Of a stretch of DNA of 64,000 nucleotides, positions 59,283-64,000 are shown piece by piece; the first letter of the stretch is position 1, and each line of letters opens with the position of its first letter. Source of the stretch: a virus. The translations under genes and the position numbers were made by a program. The notes beneath the pieces are model-generated. The model saw only the letters and a program-made list of their open reading frames with translations. It did no database searches and had not been told where the DNA came from. Where the stretch lies: IMG/VR virus record IMGVR_UViG_3300017951_000010, positions 1-64,000 of that record, one strand, 5' to 3'.

Positions 59283-60183
59283 TTTCCACGTTGAACCTAC
59301 AAGTAAATGCACTCTGGCGTGTAGCCTATGTGATAGGACTTGGTTCTATGAAAAGTTCAAGACTCGATCTATACACGAAATTGATGTAGACAATCTTGTA
59401 TCTTTTGTGGGTGCCAATGCTAACATCGAACTGTGTGGCAACAACGGAGATCCTATATATCATTCTAAGTTCTTAGAACTTATTCGTAAATTAAAAGATA
59501 ACAACTGTAGGATAAGCATTATAACAAACGGTTCATCGAGAAGTAAAACTTGGTGGACAAGTTTATCTGTCCTACTGACAGAAAAAGATTCAATTACATT
59601 TAGCATAGACGGTCTAGAGGATACCAATCACATCTATCGTAAAAATTCTAAATGGCACACAATAATAGAGGCTGTAAATGTCATGTCGTCTAGTAAATGT
59701 AAATTGATTTGGAAGTTCATTGTATTCAAACACAATCAACATCAGATAGAACAAGCACAGGGTTTTTCAAAGACTTTGGGTTTTGATCATTTCAGATTAG
59801 AGCAGAGCGATAGATGGTTAGGACAAAAAGATTTGATGCCTGACGAGGAATATGTTGACAAATACTACAAGCATCAGGAGTCAGTTTTGATTGACAAAGA
59901 CTACCAAACCCAAATGAGTCCTGCTTGTTTGGTAAATGACAAACCAAGTTCTGACCTTTATATAGACGCAGAAGGCGACTTTTATCCTTGCTGTTGGATG
60001 GGCACCTATAGATACAAGTACAAGAACATTTTTTCACCAAAACAATCAAATTTCAATATTAGAAACAACACACTACAAGATATTTTGCAAAGGTCGGATG
60101 TGGTTGAATTTTTTAATTCAACAAAACAATTTACATCTGCACACGATTGTTGTAAAATACAATGCGGAGTAAAAAATGGCTGA
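59275..60183 (+). CDS. Radical SAM protein with SPASM/twitch-like C-terminus
   Basis: CTLACSLC (CxxxCxxC), GNNGDP, TNGS, FSIDG, YPCCW, CKIQC. Confidence 0.9.
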   Translation: MVSFHVEPTSKCTLACSLCDRTWFYEKFKTRSIHEIDVDNLVSFVGANANIELCGNNGDPIYHSKFLELIRKLKDNNCRISIITNGSSRSKTWWTSLSVLLTEKDSITFSIDGLEDTNHIYRKNSKWHTIIEAVNVMSSSKCKLIWKFIVFKHNQHQIEQAQGFSKTLGFDHFRLEQSDRWLGQKDLMPDEEYVDKYYKHQESVLIDKDYQTQMSPACLVNDKPSSDLYIDAEGDFYPCCWMGTYRYKYKNIFSPKQSNFNIRNNTLQDILQRSDVVEFFNSTKQFTSAHDCCKIQCGVKNG

Positions 60184-61615
60184 ATACACATTTGATGTAC
60201 AAAAACTTTATATAGAAATGCTTTTGGCAGATGCGGAATCATTTGCTAGAGCGCAGAATATATTCAAACCGGAATCTTTTGATCGAAAACTGCAACCAAT
60301 TGCCAAGTTCGTCAAAGACTACATGGACGAATACAAAGTCATGCCAGAGGTTGAACAAGTGAACGCAAAGCATGACATAAAGTTGAAATCAGCAAAAGAC
60401 CTAGACCCGAGCCATTTCAATTGGCTACTAGACGAATTTGAAACATTCTCGAGACACAAGGCACTGGAACGTGCGATACTACAGTCAGCAGACTTATTGG
60501 AAAAGGGCGACTATGCTCCTGTGGAGGACATGGTCAAAGACGCAGTGAACGTGGGACTGACACGTGATCTCGGTACAGACTACTTTGAGGACCCTAAAGG
60601 AAGACTAGAGGCACTCAAGGCAAACAACGGGCAGATCAGCACAGGCTGGCAGAACCTCGACAAGAAACTGTTTGGCGGTTTCAACCGTGGAGAACTAAAC
60701 ATCTTTGCAGGTGGATCAGGCGCAGGTAAGAGTTTGTTCTTGCAGAATCTTGCGGTGAACTGGGCACAGGCTGGTCTGAACGTTTGTTACATATCATTTG
60801 AATTGAGTGAACAACTGACTGCTATGAGATTGGACGCTATGATGACAAACATTCCCACTCGTAAGGTGTTTCCAGAGATAGAAAACGTAGAGATGAAGGT
60901 CAAAATGCTTGCCAAGAAATCAGGTACTCTTCAAATCAAATACTTGCCAAGCGGAAGTAACGTGTTGGACGTGAGAACATATCTCAAAGAGCTAGAACTA
61001 AAAAACAAGAAGAAAATTGATTGCATACTGATAGACTATTTGGATCTCATGATGCCAAAAAGCAAAAGGATATCTCCGGCAGACTTGTTTATCAAGGACA
61101 AGTATGTTTCGGAAGAACTGAGGAACTTGGTTGTGGAAAAACAGTGTGTACTTGCAACTGCATCACAGTTGAACAGGGCGTCTGTGGAAGAGATCGAATT
61201 CGATCACAGTCACATATCGGGCGGACTGTCCAAGATACAAACCGCTGACAACGTGATAGGTATATTCACATCGAGGGCTATGAAAGAACGTGGTAGGTAT
61301 CAGATACAGTTCATGAAGACAAGATCAAGTTCTGGTGTTGGACAGAAAGTGGACTTGGAGTTTGACGTGGACAGTTTACGTATCAGGGACCTGGCAGATG
61401 ATCCGGAATACAAACAGTTTGACAAACAAAGAAGCACAATATACGATAACCTCAAGAAGACATCTAAGGTCACGGGCAGTGACACTCCAAAAGATGCGAG
61501 AGATAGTGTACCAGACCCAACAAAAGGTGACACCATAGGTAAGGTGAAAGCAACTGTCGAGGGCGGCAAACTGAGACAACTCTTAAACGAACTGCACTCA
61601 GATGAAGAACAATAA
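60176..61615 (+). CDS. Replicative DnaB-like helicase (gp41-like)
   Basis: AGGSGAGKS, SFEL, IDYLDL, TASQLNR, KTRSS. Confidence 0.93.
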   Translation: MAEYTFDVQKLYIEMLLADAESFARAQNIFKPESFDRKLQPIAKFVKDYMDEYKVMPEVEQVNAKHDIKLKSAKDLDPSHFNWLLDEFETFSRHKALERAILQSADLLEKGDYAPVEDMVKDAVNVGLTRDLGTDYFEDPKGRLEALKANNGQISTGWQNLDKKLFGGFNRGELNIFAGGSGAGKSLFLQNLAVNWAQAGLNVCYISFELSEQLTAMRLDAMMTNIPTRKVFPEIENVEMKVKMLAKKSGTLQIKYLPSGSNVLDVRTYLKELELKNKKKIDCILIDYLDLMMPKSKRISPADLFIKDKYVSEELRNLVVEKQCVLATASQLNRASVEEIEFDHSHISGGLSKIQTADNVIGIFTSRAMKERGRYQIQFMKTRSSSGVGQKVDLEFDVDSLRIRDLADDPEYKQFDKQRSTIYDNLKKTSKVTGSDTPKDARDSVPDPTKGDTIGKVKATVEGGKLRQLLNELHSDEEQ

Positions 61616-62285
61616 CGACATAGAATTCATCTATGAGAAGTTAAGTTCACTGTACCCAAACTACTCAAACAAGAAACCCAAAGCAAAAATATATTCCAAA
61701 GCATACACTAGCCTGATAGGAGTAATGCTGTCGGCACAGTCACAGGATAAAAGGACCGCTGTTGCTTGTAGACAATTATTTGCTTTGGCCGACACACCCG
61801 AGGAGATGTTAAAACTATCACAGGCGGAAATTATCGAGGCCATAAAACCCGCAGGACTGTTTAACGCAAAGTCTAAAAACATACTAGCCACTAGCAAAAT
61901 GTTACTTGAAAAATTTAACGGGCGTGTGCCAAACACACAGAAAGAACTGATGACACTGCCCGGAGTTGGACGTAAGAGTTCTGATATCGTTATGAGATTT
62001 GTTTTTGGTGAGCCACACATAGCAGTGGACACCCACGTGTTCAGGATGTTGTGGAGGCTAGGTTGGGTGGACTCATTAGACGAAGGCAAGGCATCTATCA
62101 CTGTGAACAATACCACACCCAGCAAGTACAAGTACGGTGCACATATGTGGTTGATAACACACGCCAAGTTGGTGTGTAAATCAAGATCGCCGTTGTGCGA
62201 CTCCTGTGTGATAAGCGCCGCGTGTGACCGGCGGAACATCGACACACCAAAAAATAAATTACGTCAAGAAATCTCCGCAACATAA
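61602..62285 (+). CDS. nth: Endonuclease III (HhH-GPD, 4Fe-4S)
   Basis: LSAQSQD, LPGVGRKS, VDTHVFR, C-x6-C-x2-C-x5-C. Confidence 0.93.
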   Translation: MKNNNDIEFIYEKLSSLYPNYSNKKPKAKIYSKAYTSLIGVMLSAQSQDKRTAVACRQLFALADTPEEMLKLSQAEIIEAIKPAGLFNAKSKNILATSKMLLEKFNGRVPNTQKELMTLPGVGRKSSDIVMRFVFGEPHIAVDTHVFRMLWRLGWVDSLDEGKASITVNNTTPSKYKYGAHMWLITHAKLVCKSRSPLCDSCVISAACDRRNIDTPKNKLRQEISAT

Positions 62286-62337
62286 TCTACGCAGATAAAT
62301 ATGTTTGCTCAAGGCAACAACAGGCAAACATAGGCAA

Positions 62338-64000
62338 ATGAAAGATAAGGAACTAAACGACATAACAAGGCTGTACGATAGATTTATTAGGCAATGCCCA
62401 GGCACAGAAGAATACACGCAAAGGCTCGCTGAGGAAACTCGCATCATCCTTCAACTACGTTTCGTAGATTACTTCATACAAATATGTGACATCATTGCAA
62501 TGACACGAGACATACCACACATGACACGTGGTTCGGCTGGTTCGTCATTGGTCTGTTACCTATTGGGCATAACAGATGTGGACCCAGTGGAGTGGGGCAT
62601 ACCCGTAGCAAGGTTCCTCAATCCCAACAGGGATGACCTACCTGATGTTGATATAGACTTTCCCCATCACAAGCAGGACGAGGTGATGCAAAGAATATTC
62701 AAACGTTGGCCGGGACGCAGTGCTAGAATATCTAACTACGTGCTCTATCAAGATAAGTCGGCAAGGCGTGAAGCGGCGAAACGTTTGGGTGTCAAGGGTA
62801 ACCTACCCCGCAGGTTCACATATGATTCGTTAGGCATCGACGCCAAAGAGGCCAGACGTATCGAGAACAAATTGAAAGGTAAGAAAAGATGCATATCAAA
62901 ACACTGCGGAGGAATACTGATGTTTCAAAGACAACTACCAAAAAGCCTGTTCACGGCGGAGAACCAAATACTACTAGACAAGAACGAAGTGGAGGACCTG
63001 GAACACCTCAAGGTGGACATTTTAGCCAATCGTGGTTTGTCGCAACTCATAGAGATAGATCCCATACGGAAACTGACAGACTATCCCGAAGAGGATTCCG
63101 CTACTTCGGAACTTTTGTGCAGGGGAGATGTACTGGGAGTGACACAGGCAGAGAGTCCGGCCATGAGGAGACTGTTCAGGGCGATACAACCGAAGAGTAG
63201 GAAGGACTGTGTGTTCGCCACGGCACTGATAAGGCCCGTTGCCATATCAGGACGCAAGAAGGCCACCATGTTCCATGACTGGAGCAAGGAACGTATGAGT
63301 GATACTATTGTGTATGAGGATGATGCCATAGACAGGATCGCAGAGGTGCTGGACATAGACAAGTATGAGGCCGACATGTACAGACGTGCATTCGCCAAGA
63401 AGAACGAAGAAAAGATAATGGAGTTCATAACGAGACTGGGCGAGCATCCACGCAAGGACGAGATTATAACAATGCTACAGTCATTGTCAGGGTTTGGCCT
63501 GTGCAGGGCACACGCCGTTAACCTGGGAAGGTTGATATGGGCGTTGGCTTATCAAAAAGCACACAACAAAGAAAAATTTTGGAGATCTTGTTTAAAACAC
63601 TGCCAGGGATCATACAAGCGTTGGGTTTACAGGACAGAAGCCAAGCGTGTGGGCATAGAAGTAGTAACACCTAGCAAGTCCGACAAATGGGACACACCGG
63701 AGTACCAATACAGGAAGTACGGTTGGTGGAGCCAGGATAATTTCATGCCAGGCATGTACGTGAAAGAACTTTATCTGGACAAAGTGGAGTTCGCAGGTAT
63801 GATAGCCAACGGAAGAGTGTTCCGTAGCGACAAAGGTAGTTACGTGACGTTCCTGACGCTGGGCGTTGGTAATGGACAATACATAGATGTCACTATCAAA
63901 CGAGCGTTTGCATACAGTGATCATGATGTGGTGTGGGGACAGGGTACAATAAGGCACAGCAACAACTCGGACTATGTGGAGTGCTATGATTCAAAAGGTT
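62338..64000 (+). CDS. dnaE: PHP-less DNA polymerase III alpha-like protein (3'-truncated; missing from ORF track)
   Basis: Hand translation of frame +1: MKDKEL..RGSAGSSLVCYLLGITDVDP..RFLNPNR..PDVDIDF..SKHCGG..KVDILA..QAES..ALIRP..RAHA..OB-like tail; open to 64000. Confidence 0.9.
   Translation, partial: MKDKELNDITRLYDRFIRQCPGTEEYTQRLAEETRIILQLRFVDYFIQICDIIAMTRDIPHMTRGSAGSSLVCYLLGITDVDPVEWGIPVARFLNPNRDDLPDVDIDFPHHKQDEVMQRIFKRWPGRSARISNYVLYQDKSARREAAKRLGVKGNLPRRFTYDSLGIDAKEARRIENKLKGKKRCISKHCGGILMFQRQLPKSLFTAENQILLDKNEVEDLEHLKVDILANRGLSQLIEIDPIRKLTDYPEEDSATSELLCRGDVLGVTQAESPAMRRLFRAIQPKSRKDCVFATALIRPVAISGRKKATMFHDWSKERMSDTIVYEDDAIDRIAEVLDIDKYEADMYRRAFAKKNEEKIMEFITRLGEHPRKDEIITMLQSLSGFGLCRAHAVNLGRLIWALAYQKAHNKEKFWRSCLKHCQGSYKRWVYRTEAKRVGIEVVTPSKSDKWDTPEYQYRKYGWWSQDNFMPGMYVKELYLDKVEFAGMIANGRVFRSDKGSYVTFLTLGVGNGQYIDVTIKRAFAYSDHDVVWGQGTIRHSNNSDYVECYDSKG

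Noticed and set aside
30281-61615. Inteins or introns in terminase, UvsX, UvsW or helicase
   Set aside because: Lengths and motif spacing look normal; no intein splice motifs or frame breaks seen.
62259-63957. Short ORFs listed in the track over the last 1.7 kb
   Set aside because: Alternative-frame artefacts; the real gene is the open DnaE-like frame from 62338.
1-64000. CRISPR array, tRNA/rRNA, transposase, reverse transcriptase/DGR
   Set aside because: No regularly spaced repeats, cloverleafs, DDE or RT motifs recognised by eye; tRNAscan and repeat finders were not run.

Overview
This 64 kb window is a segment of a large T4-related myovirus. Gene order and protein styles resemble RaK2/Atu_ph07-type jumbo-phage relatives; that placement is from recall, not a search. 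From left to right it contains: (1) the 3' part of the major capsid gene; (2) about 15 kb of modular Ser/Thr/Gly-rich virion appendage genes; (3) neck, tail-completion, sheath, tube, baseplate and head-completion genes plus the terminase; (4) gp32, UvsX and UvsY; (5) a ~12.3 kb sugar-modification island with about 9 glycosyltransferase-like genes, ColD, a GME-like epimerase, an FkbM methyltransferase, a 2OG-Fe(II) oxygenase and an SGNH-like protein; (6) a replication block with UvsW, a gp62-like protein, a 196-aa mini-DnaE, primase, a radical SAM insert, helicase, Nth and a PHP-less DnaE that runs off the end and is missing from the ORF track. Most notable observations: a candidate virion O-glycosylation system (glycan island with late-promoter motifs plus a D-(G)-S-T motif concentrated in virion proteins); widespread apparently leaderless genes behind TAAATA late and sigma70 promoters; an identical 12-nt leader element shared by gp32 and dnaE; two different DnaE derivatives; and a nested in-frame isoform inside a likely protease-cleaved head polyprotein. 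No tRNA, rRNA, CRISPR array or transposase was seen. All assignments rest on motif recognition by eye.
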